A stretch of DNA of 64,000 nucleotides from Planctomycetota bacterium (GTDB taxonomy: Bacteria; Planctomycetota; MHYJ01; WSZJ01), in assembly GCA_038060895.1 (NCBI GenBank), contig JBBTCT010000022.1:288001-352000 (forward strand), read 5' to 3'. A model generated the notes under the pieces. That model did not search any database. It had not been told where the DNA came from and saw only the letters and a list, made by a program, of their open reading frames with translations. The translations under genes were made by a program, and so were the position numbers. Below are positions 49,052-59,359 of the stretch, in pieces (position 1 is the stretch's first letter; each line of letters starts with the position of its first letter).

Positions 49052-51865
49052 ATGACGCCCCCGAACCCCCAGCCTCTTCACCCCGCCGCGCGCGAACTCG
49101 ACCCGCCGGTCGGAGGGCTCGCGGCGTATCCGCCGGTTGAAAAGTGGGACAACTGGACGGAGTACGACGCGCAGGCGTGGCCGAAGAAGGTGGAGCACAC
49201 GTACTCGCTGGTGCCGACGATCTGCTTCAACTGCGAAGCGGCGTGCGGGTTGCTGGCGTACGTGGACAAGAAGGACGGGAAGATCCAGCGGTTTGAGGGA
49301 AACCCGGAGCATCCGGGGAGTCGCGGGCGGAATTGTGCGAAGGGGCCGGCGACGCTGAACCAGGTGTACGATCCTGAGCGGATTCTTTATCCGCTCAAGC
49401 GGAACGGGAAGCGTGGCGAAGGGAAGTGGAAACGGGTGACGTGGGACGAGGTACTGACGGACATCGGCGGGCGGATCCGGAAGGCGCTGATGGAGAACCG
49501 GCAGCGCGAGATCATGTACCACGTGGGGCGGCCGGGGCACGAGCTGATTTACAACCAGCGGGTGCTGCATGCGTGGGGGATCGACGGGCACAACTCGCAC
49601 ACGAACGTTTGCTCAGCGGGGGCGCGGGCGGGGTACGCGTTCTGGATGGGGATCGACCGGCCTTCGCCGGATCATGCGAACTCGAAGTTCATGCTGCTCC
49701 TGAGCGCGCATCTCGAGACGGGGCATTACTTCAACCCGCACGCGCAGCGGATCATGGAGGCGAAGGAACGCGGCGTGAAGATGGCCGTGATCGACACGCG
49801 TCTCTCGAACACCGCTTCGATGGCCGACTGGTGGCTGCCGACCTGGCCGGGGACGGAAGCGGCGCTGTTGCTGGCGCTCGCGAACGTGATGATCCGCGAC
49901 AAGACGTACGACCGGGAGTTCGTGCGGCGGTGGGTGAACTGGGAAGAGTTCCTGCGCGAGGAGCGGCCGGGCGTTGCCTCGACGTTTGAGGCGTTCGAAG
50001 CGGAGCTGGCGAAGTTGTACGCGGAGTTCACCCCGGAGTACGCCGAGAAGGAATGCGGCGTGCCGGCGAAGACGATCCTCGAGGTCGCGGCCGAGATCGC
50101 GAAGGCGGGGTCGGCGTTCGCGACGCACGTGTGGCGCAACGCGGCGGCGGGAAACCTCGGCGGTTGGCAGGTGTCGCGCGCGCTGGAACTGCTCGTTGTC
50201 CTCGCGGGCGCCGTCGGCACGAACGGCGGCACCGTCCCGAACCAGTGGAACAAGTTCACGCCGAAGCCGCCGCTGATGCCGCCGCCGTCGAAGGTGTGGA
50301 GCGAGCTGCTCTACCCGAAGGAGTACCCTCTCGCGTTTTTCGAGATGTCGTTCCTGCTGCCGCATTTCCTGAAAGAAGGTCGCGGCAAGCTCGATACGTA
50401 TTTCACGCGCGTCTACAACCCCGTGTGGACTAACCCCGACGGCATGACGTGGCTCGAGGTCCTCACCGACGAGTCGAAAGTCGGATGCCACGTGTGCCTC
50501 TCGCCGACGTGGAGCGAGACCGCGTGGTACGCGGACTACGTGCTCCCGATGGGCCACGGCTCCGAGCGCCACGACCTCATGAGCCAGGAGACGCACGCGG
50601 CCAAGTGGATCGGCTTCCGCCAGCCGGTGCAGCGCGTGTGGCTCGAAAAACAGGGGAAAAAATTCAACTCGACCTGGGAAGCGCACGAAGCGTCCGGCCT
50701 CGGCCAGGTCTGGGAAGAAGAAGAGTTCTGGATCGAGCTGTCGTGGAAGATCGATCCCGACGGCGCGCTCGGCATCCGCAAGTACTTCGAGTCGCCCTTC
50801 GAGCCTGGCAAGAAGATGGAAATCTCCGAGTTCTACCGGTGGATCTTCGAGAACAGCGTGCCGGGGCTGCCGGAGAAGGCGAAGAAGGAGGGACTGACGC
50901 CGCTGGAGTTCATGCGCAAGTACGGCGCGTTCCTGGTCTCGGAGGGGACGGTGCTGGGGCACGAGCAGGCCGTGCCGAGCGAGGGCGCGACGACGGACCC
51001 CGTGACGAAAGTCGTCTCGAAATCCGGTGCGCCCGTCGGCGTCGAAATCGACGGGAAGCCGCTCGCCGGATTCCCGACGCCGTCGCGCAAGCTCGAGTTC
51101 TACTCGAAGACGCTCAAGGACTGGAAATGGCCGGAGCACGCGCTCCCCGGCTACATCAGGAGCCACGTCCACCCTTCGAATTTCGACATCGCGAAGGGCG
51201 AGATGCTCCTCCTGCCGACCTTCCGCCTCCCGACGCTCATCCACACGCGTACCGGCAACGCGAAATGGCTCATCGAGCTCTCGCACTCCAACCCGCTCTG
51301 GCTCAACACCGGCGACGCGGCGCGCTTCAAGGTGGGCATGGGACACCTCCTCAAGGTCCACACGGAGATCGGGTGGTTCATCGACAAGGTCTGGGTGACC
51401 GAAGCGATCCGCCCGGGCGTCGTCGCGTGCTCGCACCACATCGGGCGGTGGCGCGTGATTGAGGAGCAGGCCGGGAAATGGTGCACCGCGCTCGTTGACC
51501 TGAAGGAGCAGTCGGCGGGGAAGTGGAAGATGCGCCACATCCACGGCGTGCAGCCCTTCAAGAGCAGTGACCCCGACTCCGAGCGCATCTCGTGGACGGA
51601 TGCGGGTGTGCACCAGAACCTGACGTTCCCCGTCCAGCCCGACCCGATTAGCGGGCAGCACTGCTGGCACCAGAAGGTGCGCGTCGAGAAGCCCGCGGCC
51701 GGCGACAAGTACGGGGATATCTTCGTCGATACGGCGAAGTCGATGGAGGTGTACCGTCGGTGGCTCCAACTCGCGCGGCCGGCTCCGGGGCCGGGAGGAC
51801 TTCGGCGGCCACGGTGGCTGCCGCGGGCGTACATGCCGGCGAAGGAGACGTACGAAATCCGGTGA
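49052..51865 (+). CDS. Molybdopterin oxidoreductase catalytic subunit (PsrA/PhsA-like, no Tat signal)
   Basis: CFNCEAAC...CAKG 4Fe-4S motif, ERILYPLKR, WDE, HTNVCS, SETAWYADYVLP, C-terminal binding domain; start uncertain (49013-49052). Confidence 0.92.
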   Translation: MTPPNPQPLHPAARELDPPVGGLAAYPPVEKWDNWTEYDAQAWPKKVEHTYSLVPTICFNCEAACGLLAYVDKKDGKIQRFEGNPEHPGSRGRNCAKGPATLNQVYDPERILYPLKRNGKRGEGKWKRVTWDEVLTDIGGRIRKALMENRQREIMYHVGRPGHELIYNQRVLHAWGIDGHNSHTNVCSAGARAGYAFWMGIDRPSPDHANSKFMLLLSAHLETGHYFNPHAQRIMEAKERGVKMAVIDTRLSNTASMADWWLPTWPGTEAALLLALANVMIRDKTYDREFVRRWVNWEEFLREERPGVASTFEAFEAELAKLYAEFTPEYAEKECGVPAKTILEVAAEIAKAGSAFATHVWRNAAAGNLGGWQVSRALELLVVLAGAVGTNGGTVPNQWNKFTPKPPLMPPPSKVWSELLYPKEYPLAFFEMSFLLPHFLKEGRGKLDTYFTRVYNPVWTNPDGMTWLEVLTDESKVGCHVCLSPTWSETAWYADYVLPMGHGSERHDLMSQETHAAKWIGFRQPVQRVWLEKQGKKFNSTWEAHEASGLGQVWEEEEFWIELSWKIDPDGALGIRKYFESPFEPGKKMEISEFYRWIFENSVPGLPEKAKKEGLTPLEFMRKYGAFLVSEGTVLGHEQAVPSEGATTDPVTKVVSKSGAPVGVEIDGKPLAGFPTPSRKLEFYSKTLKDWKWPEHALPGYIRSHVHPSNFDIAKGEMLLLPTFRLPTLIHTRTGNAKWLIELSHSNPLWLNTGDAARFKVGMGHLLKVHTEIGWFIDKVWVTEAIRPGVVACSHHIGRWRVIEEQAGKWCTALVDLKEQSAGKWKMRHIHGVQPFKSSDPDSERISWTDAGVHQNLTFPVQPDPISGQHCWHQKVRVEKPAAGDKYGDIFVDTAKSMEVYRRWLQLARPAPGPGGLRRPRWLPRAYMPAKETYEIR

Positions 51866-54042
51866 AGCTGATCCGCGCCATGGCCGTCCTCGCGCTGGTT
51901 TCCTCCTTTGCTGCCGGGCAGGAAGCGCCCGCCGTTGACGTCACGCGGCTCCTCCGCGAGCTCAACGACGACGATGTCGAGAAGCGCGATGAGGCGACGC
52001 TGCGGCTCCTCGAACTCGGCGGCGCCGCAGAAGCGGCGTTGAGGGCGGCGGAGGCGGAAGCGCCTGCCGAAGCCAGGGTCCGGATCAGAGTTGTGCTCCT
52101 GGCGCTCGAATGGGAGCTCCCGTCCCCGATCCGCAGAGCGGCGGGGCGCAAGCTGGCGGAGTACCTGCAATTCAAGATCGAAGACCGGATTGCGCTCCTG
52201 AACGATCTGAAGAAGGATCTCGAAAAGTTCCCCCTGTGTTACGCCCACGTCATGGCCGTCGCATGGGAGCGCGAAGCGGACGACCCGAATTCCCGCAAGG
52301 CCATCGCAGAGCTCTTTCGCGACGTCCCGGGATCCGTCCACATCGTGGCCCGCCGTATCCTTGCGCGCTCCCCCGGCGCGGCCGGCCTCGCTGCGCTGCG
52401 AGACGCGATCAAGACATTTGACGACGGCGGCCAGGGCAACCTGGAGGCCCCGCTGGCCGTCTGCGCAGCGATGCGCGACGCGGGGCTCGGCGACCTCGCG
52501 ACGCCCGGTTTCGGCGCGCTTCTGCTCAAGCCCGGCGATGCGGCCCAAGGATTGTGCGACGGTGCGGCGGCGCTCGAGAAGTCGGGTCATTCGAAGGAAG
52601 CGATCCTGATGTACCGGCGCGGCGTGGCACTTGACACGTCGCGGGAGGAGGAGCTGAAGCGCCTGGACGCGCTGTGCGCCAGGGAGAACTGGGGCTCGGC
52701 GCATCTCGCGCTTCTGAAATGGCTTCCCGCGGGAACCGAAACGGGAATCCAGCGGGCACGGCTCGAGAAGGCCGGGGCGCTTCCGCCGATGGACCTCTCG
52801 GATTCGCTGAGGCTTCGCAACTGGACGGCGGTGCCGGATGAGGAGTACCGCCTGCTTGGGGACGGAGTGCTCTACCTGGCGGGCGGGTATCGAGGCCAGA
52901 ACGATGTCCCGAACGTGTGCGCGTACGACCTGAAATCCGGATCGCTGCTCTGGGTGTACGCATCGCCGAGCGAGCCGGCGTCGAATGTCGCGATGTACCG
53001 CGGGCGCGGAAGCTGTCTGTTCGCGATGAAGGACGGGCTGCTCGCCCTCATGTCGGTTCAATCGAACCTGGGCTCCGGCGGGCGCCTCGGCCGGTCGGCG
53101 CTTCACACCCGCGTCGTCTGCCTTGCGGCTGAGGGAAGCGCGCGCTGGAGTCGCGAGTATGACCCGAACCCCGGCATGCGCTTCGAACTCCTCGGCGACG
53201 ATGTCGGATGGTTCACCCCGGGGGGAAACCAGTCGCGCGGCCGCGCGTGGCTCACGCGCCTGGGAGACGGACAGGTCGTCCAATCGATCCCCCTGCACGA
53301 CGACGTGGTTCTCGCCGGGCCGGGACGCCTGATGTTCAAGAAGTCGTGGTCGACCCAGCTTTGCAAAGTCGGCGCGGAAGGGATCGAGAAGATCTGGGAC
53401 AGGAAATTCCTGCCTGAAATCACGACCACGGCCGGGTTGCCGGTCTACTCGCTTGACGGCGACACTCTCTTCGCGACGACCGGATGTCATGCAGCGCGGG
53501 TCGACATGAAGTCCGCGGCCACCGAGTGGACGCACGAGTTCGACGCCGATGAGAGGACGGTCGGTGCCGCCGTGCGGGGGGAAGACGTCTTCGTCGTCCT
53601 CGAGGCAGGCGGCGGCACGTGGAAGGTCGTGACGCTCGACGCGGCCAAGGGCGAGCCGAAGGCAGACTTTGAAGGGCCGGCCGGGCCGTCGCCGCGGCGT
53701 GAGTACGGATTCGCGGAGCAGGTCGTCTGGGTGTCGAAGGACGCGTTCGCGCTCGCCGGCCGCATCGTCGACACCGCGGCCCGGCGTGTTTTCAGCGCGG
53801 ACCTCGAGCCTGACGCAGGGCTTCCGTCGCCGAAGGGCGAGCAGGGAATCTCCTGCTCGTCCGGAGCGGCGCCCGTCCCCTACTTCGACTTCGGCGGCGT
53901 TTTCGCGACGCTCCAGACCGGCGTCGCTCCGGTTTCGACAGCCACCCTCCGCGAGCAGGCCGACGTCTGCGAAAAAGCAGGTAGCACATCCGCGGCCGAA
54001 GCTCTTCGCCGCACCGCCTTCGACCTGGACCCGCTTCGATGA
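51862..54042 (+). CDS. Secreted helical + PQQ-like beta-propeller protein
   Basis: Signal peptide, LNDDDVEKRDEATLRL HEAT-like N-terminus, AYDLKSGSLLW propeller blades; GTGA overlap. Confidence 0.72.
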   Translation: MKLIRAMAVLALVSSFAAGQEAPAVDVTRLLRELNDDDVEKRDEATLRLLELGGAAEAALRAAEAEAPAEARVRIRVVLLALEWELPSPIRRAAGRKLAEYLQFKIEDRIALLNDLKKDLEKFPLCYAHVMAVAWEREADDPNSRKAIAELFRDVPGSVHIVARRILARSPGAAGLAALRDAIKTFDDGGQGNLEAPLAVCAAMRDAGLGDLATPGFGALLLKPGDAAQGLCDGAAALEKSGHSKEAILMYRRGVALDTSREEELKRLDALCARENWGSAHLALLKWLPAGTETGIQRARLEKAGALPPMDLSDSLRLRNWTAVPDEEYRLLGDGVLYLAGGYRGQNDVPNVCAYDLKSGSLLWVYASPSEPASNVAMYRGRGSCLFAMKDGLLALMSVQSNLGSGGRLGRSALHTRVVCLAAEGSARWSREYDPNPGMRFELLGDDVGWFTPGGNQSRGRAWLTRLGDGQVVQSIPLHDDVVLAGPGRLMFKKSWSTQLCKVGAEGIEKIWDRKFLPEITTTAGLPVYSLDGDTLFATTGCHAARVDMKSAATEWTHEFDADERTVGAAVRGEDVFVVLEAGGGTWKVVTLDAAKGEPKADFEGPAGPSPRREYGFAEQVVWVSKDAFALAGRIVDTAARRVFSADLEPDAGLPSPKGEQGISCSSGAAPVPYFDFGGVFATLQTGVAPVSTATLREQADVCEKAGSTSAAEALRRTAFDLDPLR

Positions 54043-55136
54043 GAAAACTCACACAAGCCGCGATCCTCTTCGCCCTCGCCGGGATCGCGCTGGGAGAAGG
54101 GAAGGGCTGGCCGCTTTTCCAGGGCGACGCCCGCCGCACGGGCCTGACGACGGGCGAAGGACCGGACAAGTGGAAGAAGCGCTGGGTCGTGGAAGGCAAC
54201 TTTGGCAATTACGACGCTCCCGGATTCGTGGTCGGGACCGACGGCAGCGTCTGCACGGTCGTCGAGACGAATTTCAGCGACGGCTTCGCGCTCTTCTCCT
54301 GGGACGCCGCCGGCAAGGCGCGATGGAGCTGCAAGCTCCCCGACGATTCGCTCGCCGTCCCTGCCTTTGCGCCCGACGGCGGCGTTGTGGTCGGCCTGCT
54401 CGACGGCACGGTGATCAAGGTCAAGGCGGACGGGACGCTGGCGTGGGCGACGGCGACGAAGGGCCCCGTCTCGAGCTCGGCCGCGTTCGCGGCGGACGGC
54501 ACCGTCTACATCGGCAGCCGCGACAATTCCCTCTACGCACTCGACCCGATGGGCGGTCGCCGCTGGAACTTCGCCACGAACGGTTGGGTCACCGCGGCCC
54601 CCGCCCTTGCCCCCGACGGGACCATTTACGTCGCCTCATGGGATGGCCGCCTGTACGCCCTCACCCCCGAAGGAAAGGAAACATGGCGCGCCCAGACCCC
54701 GCGCCCCATCACCGCCTGCCCCGTCGTCGCTTCCGACGGCACGATCTACCTCGCCGGCCAGGACGGCGCCCTCCGCGCCTTCACTCCTGCCGGCGCCGAA
54801 ATCTGGAAAGTCCAGACCGACGGCTGGCTTCCGTTTCCCCCGTGCCTCGATCCCTCCGGGAACATCCTCTTCAGTTCAAACGACAGCTTCCTCCGCTCCC
54901 TTTCGCCCAAGGGGGAAGAGCTGTGGCGCCTGCAGGTCGATCAGCCCAACGCCGCTCCTGTCTGCGACGCCAAGGGCCGGACCTACCTCCTCGCCAACGA
55001 CGAACTCCTCGTCGTGAAGCCGGATGGCAAAGTCCTGTGGAAGCGCCCCGGTGCCCAGTCCGAGGCGATCGCGCTCGGCGCGGACGGGACGTTGTACCTG
55101 CAGGGGACGCGGTTCCTGTACGCGGTTCACGAGTAG
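54039..55136 (+). CDS. PQQ-binding-like beta-propeller protein (BamB-like repeats)
   Basis: WPLFQGDARRTG; repeated SSPA..DGTVYIGS.D..LYAL..G..W. Confidence 0.9.
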   Translation: MRKLTQAAILFALAGIALGEGKGWPLFQGDARRTGLTTGEGPDKWKKRWVVEGNFGNYDAPGFVVGTDGSVCTVVETNFSDGFALFSWDAAGKARWSCKLPDDSLAVPAFAPDGGVVVGLLDGTVIKVKADGTLAWATATKGPVSSSAAFAADGTVYIGSRDNSLYALDPMGGRRWNFATNGWVTAAPALAPDGTIYVASWDGRLYALTPEGKETWRAQTPRPITACPVVASDGTIYLAGQDGALRAFTPAGAEIWKVQTDGWLPFPPCLDPSGNILFSSNDSFLRSLSPKGEELWRLQVDQPNAAPVCDAKGRTYLLANDELLVVKPDGKVLWKRPGAQSEAIALGADGTLYLQGTRFLYAVHE

Positions 55137-55164
55137 CGGACCCGGACTGCCTGCCGGGTGACCG

Positions 55165-56589
55165 CTACCTCAGCCACCCCTTGATCGCAAACACGTACAT
55201 CGCCACCGCCGCCACCATGCCCACGCCGAAGGCGACCTGGCCGAGCGTCATGGGCCAGGGGTTCCCGACCACGTTCATGCCGAGCATGCCGCCGACGACC
55301 GTCGGAATGAGCCCGAGGAAACTCACGATCGCGAGCAGCTTGAGGAAGTTGTTCATCTCAAAGCCCTTCACGTTGATGTGAAGCTCGATGAGCGACTTGA
55401 TGTCCTCTTTCAGCGTGGTGACGCGGTCGAAGAGCTGCCCAGTTTCCGCGGTGAGGTCGTCGAGGAATTTGTCCTCGTGCAGGTTGCTGCCGCGCAGCTT
55501 GATCCGGCCGTCGGCAAGCGCGCGGAGGATCGAGGAAAGATGCCCCAGGTCCAGCGCGGCGGCTGAAATCTCGCGGCGCAGGAGGAACGTCTCTTCGAGA
55601 AATTCACGGCCGCCCTCGGAAATAGGAATGGACTCGAAGCGCCGGAGCTCTTCGTCGAACCGCTGAGCCGTAAACTGGAACCGCTCGCGTGCGAGGGCGA
55701 GCAGGAGCAGCGTGATGCGGATCGGGAACGGCCGTGCGGGAAGAGGCGAGCGCGCCGCGAGGCGGGAGATGCTCCCCGGCAGATCGAACGACTCCGGGGT
55801 GGCCGTCATGATCCCTTTCTCCGGGATGATGGCGGTGATACGCACGCGGGTGACGGCCGGAAAGCCGGTCTCGGCGACGGTCGGGATCCACAGAAAGAGA
55901 AGCGACGAGCGCGCGTCGGAGCGCAGGCGCGCGGGGGCGTCGGGGGCGAAGGCCTCGTCGAGGCTGGCCGGTTCGAGGCCCGCCGACCGTGCGGCGACTC
56001 GGATGTGCGCGAGGGACACCGCCGAAGCGTGGAACCAGTGCGACGTGGGGTCGCGAGTCCACTCCAGGCAGGTCCCCCAGTCTGAATCGTCTATCTGGAA
56101 CGAAGTGCCGTCGGGCACCCGCGAGACCTGCGGCATCGTGTTGACCGCGGTTTGACCGAGTCCCCGCCGCAGGCCCGCGGCTGCTCTTCCCGCCCTCGTC
56201 GCAAGCGCCACCGATCGCCCGACGCGGAGGAGTCGAAGCGCGAGCGAGCTTCCGGCGGCGCTGGAGATGCCCGGCGCGAGCGCCGCAATCGGGCCGCCGA
56301 TCGCGACGATGTCGATGATGCGCCACGGGCTCGTGAGCCATGCGGCCGAGTTCTCCGCTGCGCAGAGCTCCAGGACGAAGTTGAGTGCGAACACGCCGAC
56401 CAGAATCCATTCAAGTCTCTGAAGCAGGAGGTTGACGGCGGGACTGATGTCGAAGACGAGAGGCCCGAGGGCGACGGCGAGCGCGATGAGCGCGAGGAAG
56501 CCCATGACGGGCTCGTTCAGCATGCCGGCGAGGCGCGAAGCCAGCGATCGCCGGGCCTCAGCCTGCGGGTCGATTCGTTTGGTGGGCAA
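55165..56589 (-). CDS. Voltage-sensor-like (Ion_trans S1-S4) domain fused to CorA-family Mg2+ transporter
   Basis: N-terminal LEWILVGVFALNFVL..PWRIIDIVAI..LRLLRVGR; C-terminal MNNFLKLL..IPTVVGGMLGMNV..PW..KGWL. Confidence 0.85.
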   Translation of the reverse strand: MPTKRIDPQAEARRSLASRLAGMLNEPVMGFLALIALAVALGPLVFDISPAVNLLLQRLEWILVGVFALNFVLELCAAENSAAWLTSPWRIIDIVAIGGPIAALAPGISSAAGSSLALRLLRVGRSVALATRAGRAAAGLRRGLGQTAVNTMPQVSRVPDGTSFQIDDSDWGTCLEWTRDPTSHWFHASAVSLAHIRVAARSAGLEPASLDEAFAPDAPARLRSDARSSLLFLWIPTVAETGFPAVTRVRITAIIPEKGIMTATPESFDLPGSISRLAARSPLPARPFPIRITLLLLALARERFQFTAQRFDEELRRFESIPISEGGREFLEETFLLRREISAAALDLGHLSSILRALADGRIKLRGSNLHEDKFLDDLTAETGQLFDRVTTLKEDIKSLIELHINVKGFEMNNFLKLLAIVSFLGLIPTVVGGMLGMNVVGNPWPMTLGQVAFGVGMVAAVAMYVFAIKGWLR

Positions 56590-56954
56590 TCCGGGGGACC
56601 TCCGGGGGGAGCGGGGAGTCTAACGGATCGAGTGCATCCGCCCGCGACAGGTCCTGAACTCGGGCAACTCAGGCGATTGCCCGCCGAAGCTTTCTGCGAT
56701 TTCAGCGGGTGCCCGGCGATCCGCCCCTTGCTCTGGCAACGATCCGCGTCGAGCTTGTCACTCACGCGGTAGAACTGTTTTTATACGGACAGATGCAACT
56801 AAGTCGGACGCCTTGCGGTTTCCATCTCTCCCTGAAGCGAGGTTTAAGTATCCATAACTATCTATGCAATAATCATTTACGATAATTCATCCGGTGGTCA
56901 TGCATGTGGTCCGATCCTTGCGGTATATGAATTTAATTCCCACAGGAGAAACCC

Positions 56955-57926
56955 ATGAATATCTCAAAGATCGTGACCACCGCTACACTCGCCCTCTGCT
57001 TCTCCCTCGGCATCGCCGATTCTCTCTTCACGACGCGAGCCCTCTTCGCCGATGCCCAGTCCGATTTGAGCAGCGCGCGCAGCCTCGTCGAAGAGACCCA
57101 GGACGCCATCGCACGCGTCGAGAACCTCTCCACGAAGGAGCTCGAAGCCAACCCGGAGCTTCTCCGCGAGGCCCATCGCCTGGCTGAGGACGCGCGGACC
57201 GCGCTGACACGGGCCCGCACTTCTCTGGCCAACCAGCTCGGCAAGTCGATCGGCAGGGAAGAAGCCATCCAGATCAACCTGGCGATCGCGAGCAGCGAAG
57301 CGAAACTGCGCAACGCGTCGAGGAATCTTCCGCCGCTGCCGACGCCCGAGCCGAAGGAAGGCAAGATGTCTCCCGAGCGCGCCGTCAAAGTCCTGAACCG
57401 CGACGTCCAGATACTGACCACGCTTCTCGAACGCTCGAACGCCCTCTATGACGACGACCACGCCCGCGCGACGGTGCAGGCCGCCTTCGACAGGATCGGC
57501 ACCCGGTTCCCGAACGCCAACGAGTGGGGCGACAGTCTCTGGCTCAGGACCCACGACCCGCTCGGTCGCCTGTCGAAGTCGATCGACATCCTCCGCCGGT
57601 ACGCGAAGTCGATCGCTCGCAACGGCAGTAGCATGAATGCCGACTACGTCGTCCACCTCCACGACGCCGCCCTCCGGATCGGCCGCGAACACAAGAGTTT
57701 CATGGAGACCGCCGCCGGCATCGTCGACAACCTGGCCCGCCAGGCCAAGTCGATGCAGGACGACCACGACGATGGCGAGGTCGGCAACCCCAACCCCGGA
57801 CTCGACCGGATCAAGCGCGAAATGAAGCCGCTCTACGAGGCGATCAATGACCGGAACCTCATGAAGCGCCCGAGAGAGGCCGACGAGTGGGTGAAGCTTG
57901 AAGCCGGGAAGAACAAGCAGAAGTAG
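56955..57926 (+). CDS. Secreted alpha-helical hypothetical protein
   Basis: AGGAG SD; signal peptide; AT-rich upstream promoter region; hairpin at 57943-57974. Confidence 0.78.
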   Translation: MNISKIVTTATLALCFSLGIADSLFTTRALFADAQSDLSSARSLVEETQDAIARVENLSTKELEANPELLREAHRLAEDARTALTRARTSLANQLGKSIGREEAIQINLAIASSEAKLRNASRNLPPLPTPEPKEGKMSPERAVKVLNRDVQILTTLLERSNALYDDDHARATVQAAFDRIGTRFPNANEWGDSLWLRTHDPLGRLSKSIDILRRYAKSIARNGSSMNADYVVHLHDAALRIGREHKSFMETAAGIVDNLARQAKSMQDDHDDGEVGNPNPGLDRIKREMKPLYEAINDRNLMKRPREADEWVKLEAGKNKQK

Positions 57927-58006
57927 GAAGACGCGAGTTTTCCGGGACCGGGCCTCGAAAGGGGCCCGGTCCCGCTCTCGATTTCCGGGGCCCGCTTCCG
58001 GCCGAC

Positions 58007-59311
58007 TCAATGACGAGCCGTGCCACCTGACTCGAGCGGCGGAACCCCGAGCCGCCCGCATTCGCTGAGCATCCGGTCGTGCTGCGCGCCGCGCTGGGAG
58101 GTGTCGCCCACCTCGTCAAGGAGTCCCGCGCCTTCTCTCCAGGCGGCCTCCGCTTCCGCACGGCGGCCCTGCGGCAGAAGGAAAAGGGCGTACCCGCACA
58201 AGAACCCGCCTCGGGACCGCACGTCCCGGGCCTCGGCGAGAATCGCGAAAGCGTTCGAGAAGGCCGCTTCCGCCTCTTGCGGCCGCCCGGTTTCCGCGAA
58301 CATCCGCGCACGGTTGCCCCATGCGACGCCCTCGGAACGGCGAATTCCGACCTCGCGATGGATCGCCATCGCTTCCTCGTCCAGCGGTTCCGCCTCGGCA
58401 TGCCGACCGAGGGACATGAGAAGCACCGACAAGTTGCCGAGGACGATTCCTTCCGACCGCCGGTTGCCGACCTCCCTGTGAACGACGAGCGCGTCGCGGT
58501 AGAAGCGCTCCGCTTCTGCGGTGCGGCCCGTCTCGTGGCAGAGACCGCCGAGATTGCCGAGCGTCACGCCTTCGCCGCGCCGCTCGCCGAGCTTGCGCTG
58601 CAGGGACTGCGCTTCCTCGTACGTCCGCTCGGCCTGCTCAAGCCGCCCGGTTTCCTTGTAGTGGAGCCCGAGGTTGCCCAGCAGCAGGCTGACGCCCCTT
58701 GGATCGCCCAGCTCGCGGTGGATTTCGAGCGAGCGTACGTACTCCGTTTCCGCCTGCGCTCCCCGCCCCGTCTCGAGGTACAGATTTCCCAGGTTCATCC
58801 GCACCGCACCCTCGTGCCGCAGGCTCCCCACCTTGAGGTCCTCCGCCAGCGCCTGCGTCAGCGCCTCCTCGGCCCGGGCCGAACGCCCGGTTGCCAGCAG
58901 CACCAGCCCTGCGCGCCGAAGCGATTCCGCCCGCTCGACGCCGGTCGCTGTTTCGGCGTGGGCCAGCCAGAGCCGGGCGGCGGCCTCGGTCTGGAAGCGG
59001 CGGTCCGCGAATTCCGCCGCGCGACCGAGGTAGAACCGCGCGGCCTCTGCGCCCGGCGCGCCGGACGCTCCCTCCGCCCGCCGCGCGTGCTCCGCAAGCT
59101 CTTCGGCCCACGTGTCCGCCAGTCGCGCCGGCAAGTGAAACGCTTCTTCAAGCTCCCGCAGCGTAGCCCCCGGCGGCCTTCCGCCTCCGCGATCCTCGAT
59201 CACGGAAAACGCAATCGCGTGCAGCCGCGCCCGGTCGCCGGGGAGCTGGAGCTGATACGCCGCTTCCCTGAGAAGGGCATGCCGAAACACATAAGCGATC
59301 TCTGCGTTCAC
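58007..59311 (-). CDS. Tetratricopeptide repeat protein (orphan STAND C-terminal module, paralog 2)
   Basis: GTG start VNAEIAYVFRHALLREAAYQLQLPGDRARLH; TATGAT 6 nt upstream; TPR repeats. Confidence 0.85.
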   Translation of the reverse strand: MNAEIAYVFRHALLREAAYQLQLPGDRARLHAIAFSVIEDRGGGRPPGATLRELEEAFHLPARLADTWAEELAEHARRAEGASGAPGAEAARFYLGRAAEFADRRFQTEAAARLWLAHAETATGVERAESLRRAGLVLLATGRSARAEEALTQALAEDLKVGSLRHEGAVRMNLGNLYLETGRGAQAETEYVRSLEIHRELGDPRGVSLLLGNLGLHYKETGRLEQAERTYEEAQSLQRKLGERRGEGVTLGNLGGLCHETGRTAEAERFYRDALVVHREVGNRRSEGIVLGNLSVLLMSLGRHAEAEPLDEEAMAIHREVGIRRSEGVAWGNRARMFAETGRPQEAEAAFSNAFAILAEARDVRSRGGFLCGYALFLLPQGRRAEAEAAWREGAGLLDEVGDTSQRGAQHDRMLSECGRLGVPPLESGGTARH

Positions 59312-59359
59312 GCGGCGATCATACGAATCCCGGCGGCCGTTTCCGGTGTATGTCATTCC

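Noticed and set aside
56775-56793. E. coli-type SOS box CTGTTTTTATACGGACAG
   Set aside because: Spacing is N10 rather than N8 and the flanking genes are not repair genes
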